This document shows positions 18,847 through 31,612 of a stretch of DNA of 64,000 bases, piece by piece (the first letter of the stretch is position 1; each line of letters starts with the position of its first letter). The DNA comes from an uncultured virus (IMG/VR IMGVR_UViG_3300042349_000638) (lineage: Duplodnaviria; Heunggongvirae; Uroviricota; Caudoviricetes), in IMG/VR virus record IMGVR_UViG_3300042349_000638; one strand, written 5' to 3'. Under the pieces are notes generated by a model that was not told the origin of the DNA, searched no databases, and saw nothing but the letters and a program-made list of their open reading frames with translations. Made by a program: the position numbers and the translations under genes.

Positions 18847-19307
18847 TGAAAATACCTTTCAACACCAACGTTTTCACCGAAACTGTAATCATAAGTGAGA
18901 GCATCGTGGCAGACATAGTGAGGGTGATTTGTGGGCACGCCCAATCTTTCACACATTTCGGCGTGATTATCTTCCATCAACTCAATTGCATACAGCATAT
19001 GATTAAGAATATGATCCAGATTATGATATTCTAGCAATTTATCGCGCAAAGAAATCATAAAGTTGCCAGAACCAGCAGAATTATCTAAAAACTTAGAATT
19101 TGGGTTCTTTAACTTCTCTTCTGGCAAACTCCCCACCATTTGCCTACAAACTTCAAGAGGTGTGAATACTTCTTGGGTTACCTTGATTCTTTCATCAGAT
19201 CTTTCAACCGAAGAACCAACTTCCTTGTTGTGTTTGTTCTTTTTGTTTTTCGTAGAGGTCGCAGATTTCTCCTTTTGAAACGTGATTTCTTCCATTTGTA
19301 TTTGCAC
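18843..19307 (-). CDS. Methyltransferase SAM-binding half (motifs X, I-III only), copy 1
   Basis: QEVFTP, FLDNSAGSGNF, LYAIEL, HDAL; no NPPY motif. Confidence 0.8.
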   Translation of the reverse strand: MQIQMEEITFQKEKSATSTKNKKNKHNKEVGSSVERSDERIKVTQEVFTPLEVCRQMVGSLPEEKLKNPNSKFLDNSAGSGNFMISLRDKLLEYHNLDHILNHMLYAIELMEDNHAEMCERLGVPTNHPHYVCHDALTYDYSFGENVGVERYFQ

Positions 19308-19818
19308 TAAGTTTAATCAATTCTTCTTCTAAGGTCAATAGTGTTTCAATTACTTTATCATCTCTTGCATTGATAAAGTAATGATCAAGTTGTGTAGTAC
19401 TCTTTGGTAAATATTTCTCAAAGTCTTCGGTAAACATCTTGCCAGCATTACCAGTTCGAATGATTACAAGATTTGCACGATGTCGAGTCTCATAAGTTAA
19501 AAACTCAAAATCAGGATGACTTGTAGTTTCTCTTATGATTGCTCTTGGTTTATCACCTAAAGACCAAGATTGAATCGATGCATGAATACCTTGTGGAAAT
19601 GTTTTCTCATCACAATCAACATCATTTACACAATGAATATATGGATTACCCTTGATTATTTTATTTTGAACTGATGTCTTACGAAGAGAATTTGGTAGAA
19701 TTTCAAGAATCAAACCATCTTTCTTGATGTGAAAAGAAGATTTGATAAGAAAATCAATGGCAAGTTGTCCACAGTTGCCATAGGGAAAATTACCAATTAT
19801 TACATCAAAGTCACTCAT
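19204..19818 (-). CDS. Methyltransferase catalytic/TRD half (begins at motif IV)
   Basis: N-terminus MSDFDVIIGNFPY; no SAM-binding motif. Confidence 0.75.
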   Translation of the reverse strand: MSDFDVIIGNFPYGNCGQLAIDFLIKSSFHIKKDGLILEILPNSLRKTSVQNKIIKGNPYIHCVNDVDCDEKTFPQGIHASIQSWSLGDKPRAIIRETTSHPDFEFLTYETRHRANLVIIRTGNAGKMFTEDFEKYLPKSTTQLDHYFINARDDKVIETLLTLEEELIKLSANTNGRNHVSKGEICDLYEKQKEQTQQGSWFFG

Positions 19819-19882
19819 ATCTTAAATCAAAGTATGCTTCTATTATAAAACCCCTTACACAAAAACGCAAGGGGTAATGCTA

Positions 19883-20095
19883 TCAATCATCATAGACTCT
19901 ACATTCTAATGCTCCAGGATGTAATTCACAATAGAGTTCCAATGCTGTAGGATCGTGCGAGTCTTCTGGATGATGTTCTTTATAAACTTTAAGTGCTTCT
20001 AATTCTTCTTCTGTATGCCTTCTAGACTGTGGAGAAATTGTCGGATCATTTAGGAGATCCACATCCTTTTGAATGTGTTGGTCGATGTTATCCAT
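19883..20095 (-). CDS. CP12-like small protein
   Basis: C-terminal DPTALELYCELHPGALECRVYDD matches the CP12 C-terminal motif found in cyanophages. Confidence 0.75.
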   Translation of the reverse strand: MDNIDQHIQKDVDLLNDPTISPQSRRHTEEELEALKVYKEHHPEDSHDPTALELYCELHPGALECRVYDD

Positions 20096-20125
20096 AGTTT
20101 TGTAACGTGATGATATATTTATTTT

Positions 20126-22352
20126 CTATTCACTTAAAGTATAACCTCTCCAGTTTTTTGGGGGTGGGGGATCACACTTACCTTCAAGTGAACGAACCAT
20201 TAATTCTGTAAATTTTTCCATTTTTTCCGCAGAAACTGATTGTGGGGCGTAGGTAATAGCATCTTTAAGTGCAACAAGTTCGTCCCATTCTTCTTTTGTA
20301 AGAACTTCGGTGCCAGTTTTTGCGAGGGTCATAAGTTTCTTGCGTTGGTTCTCAATATTAGCATTTCAATACACAACTATCTAGAAACTTAATGTTTTCT
20401 TTGGGATCGTGTCACATTACTTAATGAAATTATCAAGAGTATCTAGATCATCTTTAAATTCTTTTTCTTTCTTTTGATCGTGATAATAAGACCACAGAGC
20501 ATTGTGAACATCCATCAAATGATCTACCCAGAAACCAGCAGGATAGATTCCAAGTGAATCTTGAAGACCACGATGAGAAGTTCCTTCACTCTCTGCCTTA
20601 CACATAATGTAACAGATTGCTTGAACCATATCCATCTTATCAGATTCTGAAAGCATAAAATACTTTCCTACTGCACGTTGTTTTGCTTCTTCATTATCCT
20701 TTTGAAGTTGTTTGCAAGCATCAGAATCCCACCAACCTTGTAGTACCTTTCCAAGTTCATTAGGTTTAGTCATTATTCACCAAAGATAGTTCCAAAGAAA
20801 CCAGAGTCACCAGATTTACGATTTTCAAGTTTATCTAACAGTGCGTCAGTGTGCATCACATTGTCGATACGAGAAATCATATCAGCAATTGTACTACAAA
20901 CCATTGGACGTTCTTGACGAGCAGCATATGCTAGTGCGTTACGCAGAGATTGTTCTGCTTCTTTCAAAGATTCTTCAACTGATTGTGATAGTGCCATTAA
21001 AATTCACTTCTCCTTCTAGGTTTTTTAATTTCAGGTTTATAAAAGCAATAGTCGGGCAGTTTTACATTTTGCCCTTCAAAGTAGTAACAGAGTTGTTCTA
21101 CGTCTTTATGATATTTTGAATTATTGATTTTAGATTCAATACTATCTAAATGGCAAACAATATTATATCCACACAATAAAAATTCAAACATTAACAGTCA
21201 TCCATTCCCAGGGGTTGTACTACTTTACGGAGAAGATAAGACCCATCACCATTATCTATCCATTCAACTTTATCACCTTCTTTTAGGTTTGCTGCTTCCA
21301 GAAGATCATCAGGGAAATTTACATAACAATCTCCAGTCAAACCATCAAGTTGAACAGGAAGTTGCCATTTGATTACTTTATTTTTTTTATATTCTTCAGG
21401 GTAATAATTTTCTTCCCAGAAGGAAGTCCAAGACCTTTTACATTCTGGTGACGAATCTTCCTTATCACATACAAGGTTTTCTTTCCCCTTAACATACTCA
21501 TCATAACCTTCAATATGACCCTTACCATTACCATTCAGGAGTGTAAGTAGTTCATAGCAACGACCAGTGTGATGCTTATAGTAATGATACTGCCCATCTA
21601 CAACACCTTTGATGACATCATAGATTTCTTGCGGGGATGCATCACCACTTACAGCATCATGCACCCAGGTTTCAAGTTTTTCAAGTGAATACTTTTTGTA
21701 GTCAAAGTCCATTAGTAAAGTCCTTGATTGCTTCTTCCATAATAACCTGAATTTCCTTTGAAGTCAACCCATTCAACCACTTCCAATTAGGATCTTCCTT
21801 ATCCCAATCCATTGTGAAGGATCCATCCTCATTTTGTGTTATTTTTAGGGAATCATTCCCTGGATTTTGGTTTTGAGCATTCATTGCAGTAATAAGAGTA
21901 TCCTTCACGAAAATGTTTTACTTTTTGAAAGTTATCAGCATTCAATGGTTTTTCTTCACCACATTTATCACAAATCCTTGTCTTTTTTGATAGACTTTCT
22001 GATTCTTTTGAGTTCTTTAAGTTCAGTTTTAATATTTTTGTAAGCAATGTCAGCATCTAATTTTCCTCCCATTTCCAGTGCAATGATTATATCAACTCTG
22101 GTTCCAAAATGTGCAAGTGCTTTTTCGAAGTCGTCTAAATCATACATCGAAATCAATTCTCATATGCTCGGCAAGAATATCTATACGAGCATCAAGAGAA
22201 TTTTCCATGCGATAAAGTTCATTGGTCAACCCTATATTTTCTTCCTCCAGTTTGAGAACTCGGTTTTCAAGTTCAACCAGTCGATCATAGATATCATCGA
22301 CAGGAACATTTGGTTTAAGTCCCCACTTTTTATGAAACCAATAATCACTCAC
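20126..22352 (-). other. Block of small hypothetical ORFs including an AbrB-like C-terminal domain (21191-21712) and a CxxC zinc-finger ORF; several have paralogs at 35671-39237
   Basis: ORF track; GDCYVNFPDDLLEAANLKEGDKVEW motif; paralog pairs 20126/38237, 20773/38495, 22140/38848. Confidence 0.7.
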
Positions 22353-22609
22353 AATACACCAACCTCTTTCAAATAATTTCTATATCGCATAAAACGATTC
22401 CAGTTTGGTTGACCCTGAACATTTAAACTTTCACAACATTCAACATACATATTCCATTCATACCAGGCAGTGGTGGAATCATGTGCTGGAAATTCTAAAG
22501 AGTAATGTCCGATTATGTTGCGGAAGTCAATTTTAATCATTAGTAAAAACTTTCCACCCTTTACAACATGGTAAAATTTTACCAGTTTTTTTGAAATTTT
22601 GCAACCCAT

Positions 22610-22747
22610 AATAAGATATATTATTCTATTTTTTGGCGGAACTTTTACATTATGTCTTTCTTTTTCTAAGATTCTACCACTTTTACCCTTACCAATGTAA
22701 TAAGGTGTGCCATCTTCACGCAAATAAGCGTAAGTGTAGTATTCCAT
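22610..22747 (-). pseudogene. Truncated GIY-YIG homing endonuclease
   Basis: MEYYTYAYLREDGTPYYIGKGKSGR... loses similarity after about 45 aa and runs in frame into an unrelated small ORF ending at 22349. Confidence 0.65.
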
Positions 22748-22844
22748 CTGCTTTTTGTTTGTGGTAATAGTATTTATACAAGAAAAGGAGCATTTCTGCT
22801 CCCACTCTTTGCTTCTGAATAACCACAAACAAAAGCATTATTAT

Positions 22845-23075
22845 TTATAGTTTATAATCCATACTACCAGAATACTTACTTACATTTTCTTCATTATTTT
22901 GGGATTCAAACTGATTTTCTTGCCTGAGTTTAAGATAGTAACGGGTCGCTGAGATACACTGTTTTTCAGTGAGAGAGGTGATAAGTCCATTACCATCCTT
23001 GTCAGTGGAATACCAGAGTCCATACTTTTTCTGTTCAACGTAGAAAACATCATCAATTAGTTTCTTTTCTATCAT
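22845..23075 (-). CDS. Hypothetical protein, paralog of 33163-33438
   Basis: Shared FY.EQKKYGLWYS...GLITSLT..QCISATR.YLK.RQE. Confidence 0.75.
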   Translation of the reverse strand: MIEKKLIDDVFYVEQKKYGLWYSTDKDGNGLITSLTEKQCISATRYYLKLRQENQFESQNNEENVSKYSGSMDYKL

Positions 23076-23180
23076 TTACTTTTTTTACAGTTTCATGGAG
23101 TTGTTTGAGTGCTTCAATGGTCTCGGGAGTTTCTTCCCAATACCAAGAATTATTATTCTTATCTACAAAGGTACGTTCAG

Positions 23181-24209
23181 TCATAGAGTAATCCAGCGTT
23201 CGTTTTCAAGAGTCCATTTAGTTACTTCTGCGATACGTTCCCGAACAGATTTGGCAGGTTCCCATCCCAGTTGCTTCATTTTATCACCACACAAGGCATA
23301 ACGCAAGTCGTGACCTGGGCGCGAAGAATGAAAATCTACAAGATTATATTTCAATTCTTTTCCCTGGGATTCGGCAATGATTTGTGCCAGTTCCAAATTG
23401 TTAAGTTCTTCCGCTCCAACAATGTTAAACTTAGGACATTTAGCATTACCCCAAGTAGGTTCAAACTCACCCTCATAATTTACCAAAAATAGGACAGCAG
23501 ATGCAACATCTTCGGCGTGAATATAGTGCCGAGAACCAGGAATAGTACGAGTGCTATCACTATGAATGGTCACAGTTTCACCGTCACGAATCTTACGAAT
23601 ACACATTGGAATGTATTTTTCAGGGTGTTGACGCTCTCCAAACACATTCATCGTGTGAGTAATATAAATGGGAAGACCATAGGTATTCTCATATGCCACT
23701 GCAAGTTCCTCACCACCCGCTTTAGTTGCGCTGTAAGGATTGGTAGAATTATATCGATCATTCTCTTTGTATTTGATACCATTTGGTGCAGGACCAAACA
23801 CTTCATCGGTGCTGAAATAAACAAATCTTTCAAGATTGTTCTTTTGAATACGTGCAAACTCAAGAATATTGCAGGTTGCAACTACATTATCAAGCACAAA
23901 CTCCATAGGATACTCGATACTGCGGTCAACATGAGAACCAGCAGCAAGATGGAGAATATAATCAACAGAACCAATTTCAGATCGAACAAGTGGATTAAGT
24001 TCTGCTTTCAGATCATGATGTACAATTTTGACACGTTTGCGGGTTTCAACATCAAAAGAAAGCATTAGATCATGAAGACGATTTAGATTACCACTGTAGT
24101 CTAAACGATCCAGTGTAACAACTTCCCAATCAGTATTCTTTAATACTTGTCCAATCAAGTGGTGTGCGATAAAACCTGCACCACCAGTGATAAGTGCTCT
24201 TTTAGTCAT
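23181..24209 (-). CDS. NAD-dependent epimerase/dehydratase (dTDP-glucose 4,6-dehydratase-like), copy 1
   Basis: ITGGAGFIA, HLAAGSHVDRSI, STDEVFG, YSATK, RPGHDLRY. Confidence 0.92.
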   Translation of the reverse strand: MTKRALITGGAGFIAHHLIGQVLKNTDWEVVTLDRLDYSGNLNRLHDLMLSFDVETRKRVKIVHHDLKAELNPLVRSEIGSVDYILHLAAGSHVDRSIEYPMEFVLDNVVATCNILEFARIQKNNLERFVYFSTDEVFGPAPNGIKYKENDRYNSTNPYSATKAGGEELAVAYENTYGLPIYITHTMNVFGERQHPEKYIPMCIRKIRDGETVTIHSDSTRTIPGSRHYIHAEDVASAVLFLVNYEGEFEPTWGNAKCPKFNIVGAEELNNLELAQIIAESQGKELKYNLVDFHSSRPGHDLRYALCGDKMKQLGWEPAKSVRERIAEVTKWTLENERWITL

Positions 24210-24548
24210 AGTTATTCTTCAAATTTGTAACCAAGTTTGACATCTTTCTTTTTTAGTTTGTAACGATCAATGTGTTTTTGGCGATTATGTTCACTATCAA
24301 AGTAACATTTGCGAGTTTCTTTTCCATCTTGGTAAACAAGTTTCCAAGGAAATTGATCAAAAGGAAATTCTTCTTCGTTAGATGCCATCAGGTAGGTTGC
24401 TCAACACGTTGAGTATACACGGAATAAAACAGTTCGTCAAGTATCTCACCACACTCTTGATACTCTTTGCTTTCCAGTACAGTTTTCTCAAACTGATACC
24501 AACGAACCGCAGTAAAAATCAGTTTATATTGTTCATGGGTAAAGTTTG

Positions 24549-27500
24549 TCATTTAAATCCTTTGCTTTTCCTTTTATCCAAAACTTCAATATGACTCAAA
24601 AAGTTTCCACCATTTTGAAACCAAGTGAGTTGGACATCCTCATAGTTATCAAAGATGACTTCTTTGCCATCTCCAAAAACAACCTTATAATCGTGGCGAT
24701 TATAAGGTTTATCACAAGTTTGTTTAAACGTTGAAGTCATTTTAAGTAGTTTCTTTTTTCTGTATCAAATTGATTCCACTTTGCTATTTTAAGGCACATC
24801 AGCAAAGTTTGGTGTTCACGGTTATACAGTTCCCAATCTTGTTTGAGTTTCGCAGCATAACGACGACGATAGGCACAAGACCAGACATTTTTGTATATTT
24901 TATCTTTTTCAGTCATCATCCCAAGGTGCAGGTTTGTTCATAAGTTCTTTAATTCTCTCCACCACAGCAGGGTCTGGTGGTTCATTGATTCGTCGCACAA
25001 GTTCATCATATGCTTCTGCGGATACAATAATCCTTTCTGGTTTTTGTCCCAATCTCAACCTACGTTCTGGACTGATAGTTAGATTGTATGGGTCATCATA
25101 AGGAAAAATATATTCCTGAAACCATCCAATACTCAAACTCTCCCAGAACTCACCATAACCCCATTCATCACCGTCATCATAACAGTCAAGAATATACAGG
25201 ACATTACGAAATCCATCAAGGAAATCTTCCCATTTTGATTGAGTTTCAAATTTCATTATTCTTTCTCACTCTTTCAAGAAACTCATCACTCTGTTGATAC
25301 AATCGTGCAATCAAATCCTTAATATCATCAATAGCAATAGAATTATACTCCACATTCATATTCTCGCAACGGAGAGCATCAACCATACATTCCAGTGTCA
25401 TTGCTTGCATATGTTCTGGTGTGATTGGTGTCCCGTGAGGCATACCAGAACACTCATCATTATAGAAGGCATTATACCGTGCCAGCACAGTATCACTACG
25501 TTCTCTACGTTCCCACTCATCTTTTTCAATCTCAGCAAGTTTCAACATAGCATCACCGTGCTTCTCATAAAGTTCGTCAAGAGCAGCAAGTGCCTTATTT
25601 TCTGCTTCTCTTCGTGCTGCTTCTTCTAGCATTTCTTCGTGCGTGAGTTCTTTCTCTTTGATAGCATCCATAACTTTATTGAAATCTTCTGTGGATACTT
25701 TTGCTTGAATAGGTTTGCTCATAAGTTCTCTCAACCTCTGTTTGCCGTATTCAGTGAGTTCGTGTTTTTTGTTGCGGAGTTCTTCTACTTCTTCTTGTGT
25801 GAGATTAACCCAAGGCATATCATCGTTCATCGTTCCCAAGCATAAGATTTTAGAAATTCATTATCTCTTTGAAGTGTTTCAATTTTATCATACAAATCAT
25901 CAATAATTTCAATCAAGGCATCATAATCAATCGTTTCAATTGTTCTACCATCCTCCATATCCTCATAGTAAGAATACTGGAGTTGTTGTTTTAGGTTTCG
26001 TTCAGTCATCGTAGCATCTCCTTGATTTTACGCAAACAATCATTAAATCCATCTACAAGTAGTTCTGTATCTACATTCTGACTTCCAGCAGCACTTTGCG
26101 GGTCAGGCAACCAGTCCTCAACAACCGACACAATATCATCACAAACCATAATATCAAAATCAAGTTGAACTTTTAGCATATTGCGAAGTTTTTGAGATTT
26201 GCGTTCCTCTATCATTTTATCAATAATTTTTTGAAGATTTGGAGTTAACTCTTTCTCATCCCACTCCACTTCATCTACTTCATCATCATACTTCCCCTTC
26301 TTCACATCATTAAACCATACACCTTCAAGCAGACGAAGAGTTTCACCATCAGTAATAGCAACCATTACCACACCATCAACAGTATGCTTTCTCTTAGACC
26401 AATTATGACTTCCATCATTAAATTCAAGACGAAGATATTCCTCATAATTATAAGAGACAATCTCAAACTTTCCACCATAATCAAAAGTCATTTTGGGTTG
26501 AGATTTATGTGTTTCAATCTCTTTGAGGAGTTCCAGTTTCTTTTGAAGCACTTTGATTTCTGCTTCTGTCTTTTCAATATCAGTCATTTTCTTTACTTCA
26601 AGTTTAGTTTTAGGAGTTTTCGGCAAATCATAATAATTATTTGAAAATGGTGAAGGTATGCGAAAGTTTTCTTCTCCATCTGTTTTGAAGATTAAGTCAC
26701 TCATTATTCGTCAGTCCTACTTCAAATCCTTCCATTCTTCCCATATTATACCCCACAACAAACGCAGAGTGCAACCACTTATACATCAAATCCTTACGAG
26801 TATTCACATCCTCTACCTCGCAATCACCAAAGAAGTGCTCACTACGAAGTGAATAACCACCATAAAGGTCGTGAAACCAATCAACAAATGCGTCTTCAAT
26901 TGTATCATCAAAGTCCCAATTGTTTGCAGGATGTTTCATAGTTGTACAGGTTGTTGTGCGTCTTGATACCATACTCTACTAAAACACAACCATTTCTCTG
27001 TGTCGTGCTCCATCTGTGCCATCCAATGATTCCCATATTCATCAATCGCATCAAGATAATGAATACGGGTCTTAGGGTCAATCACTCGTGATACTTGTGT
27101 GAATTTTAGTTTGTTAGTCATTTTCTTTCATACAAGGGTATTCAAACTTTTCACCAATACATTCTAACATAGTGCGGGCAAAGGTAATCTCACCATAAGC
27201 ACAACCATCTTCAAAGGCATCATCATAACTACCAGCACTTGGAGTATAATCATCTCCATCTACATCATAGCAGTGTTTTACCTCTGCGTATTCTTTGAGA
27301 ACCTTGAGGAGAAGTGTGAGTTTTTCTTCGGTAGTCATTTCAGTTCCTCAATAAGTTTCATAAGAGTTTTGACGGATACTACTTGAGATTTCTTATCAAC
27401 TCGTCCAGTTCCTCTAACTTCACTATGTTCATCAATCAAGTGTTGAAGAACAGCAGAAGCAATTGTTTGTGGGGAAGATTGTTCCATTGAAGACCAATCC

Positions 27501-30046
27501 CAACTCACTTCATTCAGTGTTTCAAGTAAAGTCATCAGGTGTCTGTGTGTATGAGAGTATTATAGGGCAAAACACACCCCATCACAAGGAGGAGTGTGCC
27601 AGTTTAGGGAGTGTCCTGATAATACATCTCCTGTACATAACGGACATAATCACTTTGAAGATAGTTAAAGAACTCTCCGTCTTCACTTCTCATAGTATAG
27701 CACCATTCATCAAAGATTTCTCCAATCCACCACCAACCAACTTCAATTTTCTCAAAGAAGTCCATAGGACGATCGTAGAGTTTCATACTACCTCATCATT
27801 TACTTTACACATCGTTGCTTCAAAGATAATGTCCTTTTCCAGTTCGTATGGTGATGCTACTTTGAGATAGGTTTGATACTGATACTCGTTGAGGTCTTTG
27901 GATGGAATACAACCATTACAAGAGATTGTTTCTTGAATTGCTTTTTCAATTGGTTCTTCATAAACCCATTTGAAGATAAACATCAGTCATTCTCCAAATC
28001 TCCATCAAAGTTGTTTAGATACTGCCAGAACCAAATTCTATTTACTCTCTCTTCACTATTATCACTATTAAGGTGTGGAAACATTAGATTTTGCCAAGCA
28101 CAAAAAGTCCATTCCCACATTCTTTGTCTCAACCAGAATTGTTGAAGTTTATATGGGAGTTTCATTCATCCACCTCAATCTCAATCATTTCATAAGTAGT
28201 ATAAAATTTTTGTCTTTCTTCCTGAAGTTTCACAATCAATACCTCATTTGCTTTGTCTTTGGAAGTGGAAGCATACTCAATATGATAACCCAAATCAACA
28301 TTATCAACCACACAATAGATTTTCATTCTTGCCACCCCTCAAAGTATTCTGTGAAAAAGTTAAAACTCAAATCATATTTACCAATCTGAAAATCTACTCC
28401 AAATAAAGAACTGGTAAAAAATGAGAGTAGAATGTGTAATCCTTTATATACACTAATAGATAGATCTTGATAATGAACCCAGAGTAATGAACGATTGTTG
28501 ATGATACCAAACTGCCAAGTGTGGTCGGCAATACCATCGTCCCAAACTTTCTTATCGTATTGGAAGAGTTTCATTCTTCACCTTCCCAGTCAATCTCAAC
28601 GGTTTCAAATTGTTCTACATTAGTATAAGGCATAGGATTTGCTGGTCCTCCCATCTCATAATGGATTTTATCAAACAATTCTTGAAGCACTAAACTCTCA
28701 AATCCTTCTTGGTCTGGATAATCCTCCCAGTCCTCAAACATTTCAGTTGTGGGAGCAACTGTGAGAGTTCGGGTGTAAGTTACTGTGACAGCTTTGAGTG
28801 GGATTTTAGTCATTTCAGTTCATCAAGTTTCTCATTCACAAAACCAGTCATATCAATTGTGCGAGGATCTACACCTTCATCAAGGCAATCAAGGTGAAAC
28901 TCCATAACAGCACCCAGAATCAAACATGCTTTGCGTTTATCATCCAGTGGTTGAGCAATGTAATTGACAATGTGCTCGTAGAGTTGGTCGTAGGTCATCG
29001 GTTTGATGTGTATGAAGTCATTATAAGGCAAAAAGGGCACCTGTTGAGATGCCCTGTGCCAGTTCTTCAGGTGTCCTTGTATTTCTCTTCTACTTCTTTC
29101 ACACGCTCTATGAAACTATCATCACCATGATCACCACTATACAGATAATCAATGTGACGCATAATCTCTGACATCTTACGCATTTTGGGCAGTTGTTCTT
29201 TCAGATACTCAATTACATCAGGATCATGGTTAGGATACCATTTCTCACCATAGTATCCACTATCATCTTTTACTTTACCGTTGTTGAGGATTTCTTCTTC
29301 CAACTCATCAGCAAACTGTGATACCTTGTAGTAATCGTAACCACAATCTCCAAAGTGGCCTCCGCTCATGGTTGCTCCTCCGTCGTCACAGGCGGTGCAG
29401 GGGGTGCCACAGGTGGCAGTGTGGTAGTTTGAGGTTCTGGGGTCAGCACAGACGCTTCTGGGGCGGTCTCAGGCAGCGTCACGGGTGCTGGTTTGGAAAG
29501 GTCTTCGAGTTTCTGATCCAGTTGGATCAGTTTCTGATCTAATTCAGTTGATGATTGTTGTGAGCTTGCTTCAGTAAGTTTCCATCCAGCAGCAGCAGCA
29601 GCAAAAATACTCGCAAGGGCAGCAACAGTTGAAATGGTCTTTGTGAAACTCATTCTTCCTCCAATTCTTCTTCTACAGGGAACATAGCATCATACTCTTC
29701 GTCAGTTAGAGTAAGATACTGGACATTAGCATCTCGGTGTTCTTCGGCATAAACCAATCGGTAATGATCAAAGTCATCAAGATCGGTGCTGCCATATTCT
29801 ACAACACCATCAACCAAACACAAGTAGTTCATTTTAAGAAACTGTCTCAGGATTCCAATAATAGTAATATTCTTCTTCAGTCATAGCAAATACTTTTGCC
29901 ATTTCTTCAAGATCTTCATCAGAGATGTCGAAGATTTCACCAGGCATGTCTTGGATCTCTTCAAGCATTTGAGGCGTTCCCTTGACTACCTTTATAGTAT
30001 AGAGCAAAACACACCCTCCACAATAGAAGGTGTGCCAGTTTTTCAA
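24549..30046 (-). other. Run of small tightly coupled hypothetical ORFs (accessory region)
   Basis: About 20 minus-strand track ORFs with overlapping stop/start codons; includes Pro-rich membrane protein 29366-29653. Confidence 0.65.
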
Positions 30047-30288
30047 GTGTCACTTGATCATGTTCTTTAGTTATTCAACATTACAATCAGAATGCCATTT
30101 TGCTTGAGATTTGCAGAACTTTTCTTTTGCAGAATAACCAATTTCAGAACTTGGTGAACTCTTAAGATTTTCCATTGCTTGTTGTTTATAATATGATTTG
30201 TAAAGATTGTCATCACGCTGGATTAAAAATACATTCCAACCAATAATAGATAAGAATCCAATCAATCCAGCGATAACATACTTACGAT

Positions 30289-30696
30289 TCATTTGTTCAT
30301 TTGGAGAGTAGGGACGGGCATTCCACCTTCTGTGGGAACATAGATGGTCACGTTACCATTCTTACTGCCATCTTCCAAACCAGTGATATACAGATACTGA
30401 AGATACTCACGGTTATCTTTCAGCGAATCACCGATGATTTGGTTTGCTTTAGCAACACCAGTAGCACGGATAATTTCAGCATCAGCAAGTTGTTGTGCTG
30501 AATCTTTCTTTGCCTGAGCTTCAAGAACTGCTACCTGGCGAGTATATTCTGCCTTCTGCAGTTCTGCTTTACCAGCAAGAGATTGTTGCCACACATTATA
30601 GAGTGGTCCACCAAAGAATAACAGAGCAACAACAACTACAACTCCACCACCAAGAGCAATAGCAACAGGAGTGTTGGGATCATTATAACGAGTCAT
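30289..30696 (-). CDS. Membrane-anchored coiled-coil protein (band-7/SPFH-like)
   Basis: TM segment, P.YNVWQQ..AG.AEL, GVAKAN.IIG.SL, IYVPTE.G.P. Confidence 0.7.
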   Translation of the reverse strand: MTRYNDPNTPVAIALGGGVVVVVALLFFGGPLYNVWQQSLAGKAELQKAEYTRQVAVLEAQAKKDSAQQLADAEIIRATGVAKANQIIGDSLKDNREYLQYLYITGLEDGSKNGNVTIYVPTEGGMPVPTLQMNK

Positions 30697-31612
30697 AATT
30701 CAAATCTTAACGTAATTCAGATGTTCTTGTTTTGTGAAAAGTTTATTATAAAGGGAACTTACAGATCCATATTGATTTGTAAGGGTATTTTCATTTCTTT
30801 TATCAAGACTATTCAGTGCAGATAGAAGAATTTGTAGTTCATTCTCATTTAAAGAAATGAGAGTATGAACATTAACGGTAGTGTCAGTCATCAACTTTTT
30901 TCCTTCGGTTTTGTGGAAATTGGTTCTTCCCAATTGGGACTATTTGCATTGAGCACATAATTGATGAATATTCCACCAATCATAGATCCAGTGAAAGCAA
31001 AAAGGAAAGTAATCAAGATTCTTCTCCAAATTTCAAAAAGTTTTTAGCAGATTCAACACCAACATCAAAGTTTAATTTAAAAGTTTGCCAGTCTTCATCT
31101 TTTTCATCTGGTTCTTTTTGAAAGTATTGAACATATATTTCATATGCTGGGTGCTTTTTGTCTATCATACATCATATCCTTCTGATTTTAGAATTGCTCG
31201 TCGGGCATCGTATGCTTGAAATTCAGAAGCAAACTCAGCAATCTTTTGGAAAGGATTGCGCCTATACAATCCCCAACGTGATGTGCCAATCATACCACGA
31301 ATAACATACGGATTGTCAACACCAAGAGGATAGGGTTTCATTTGATTTCACCTTCAGCGATAAGATTCAAAATTTCACGGCATGTTACTTGCAGTACATA
31401 AGGATCATTAAGTTTATGATCTTCATAAAGATCAAACATGTCAGTATTGCAGTAAGTATCAATAATCAGTTTACATGCATCGTAGAGAGCAGCAACGTGA
31501 TGTGCCCGAGAAGGAAATGAAACAGTCATTGGTTTTCTTGACTACCCCTATATTATAAACTCACTGAGACCCATCCAGGAGCGCCTGTGTGCCACTTTTA
31601 AAAGCGTCTACT

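Noticed and set aside
20310..20331. Additional copy of the 22-bp palindrome
   Set aside because: Only the left arm matches; it lies in coding sequence with no clear -10 at the expected distance
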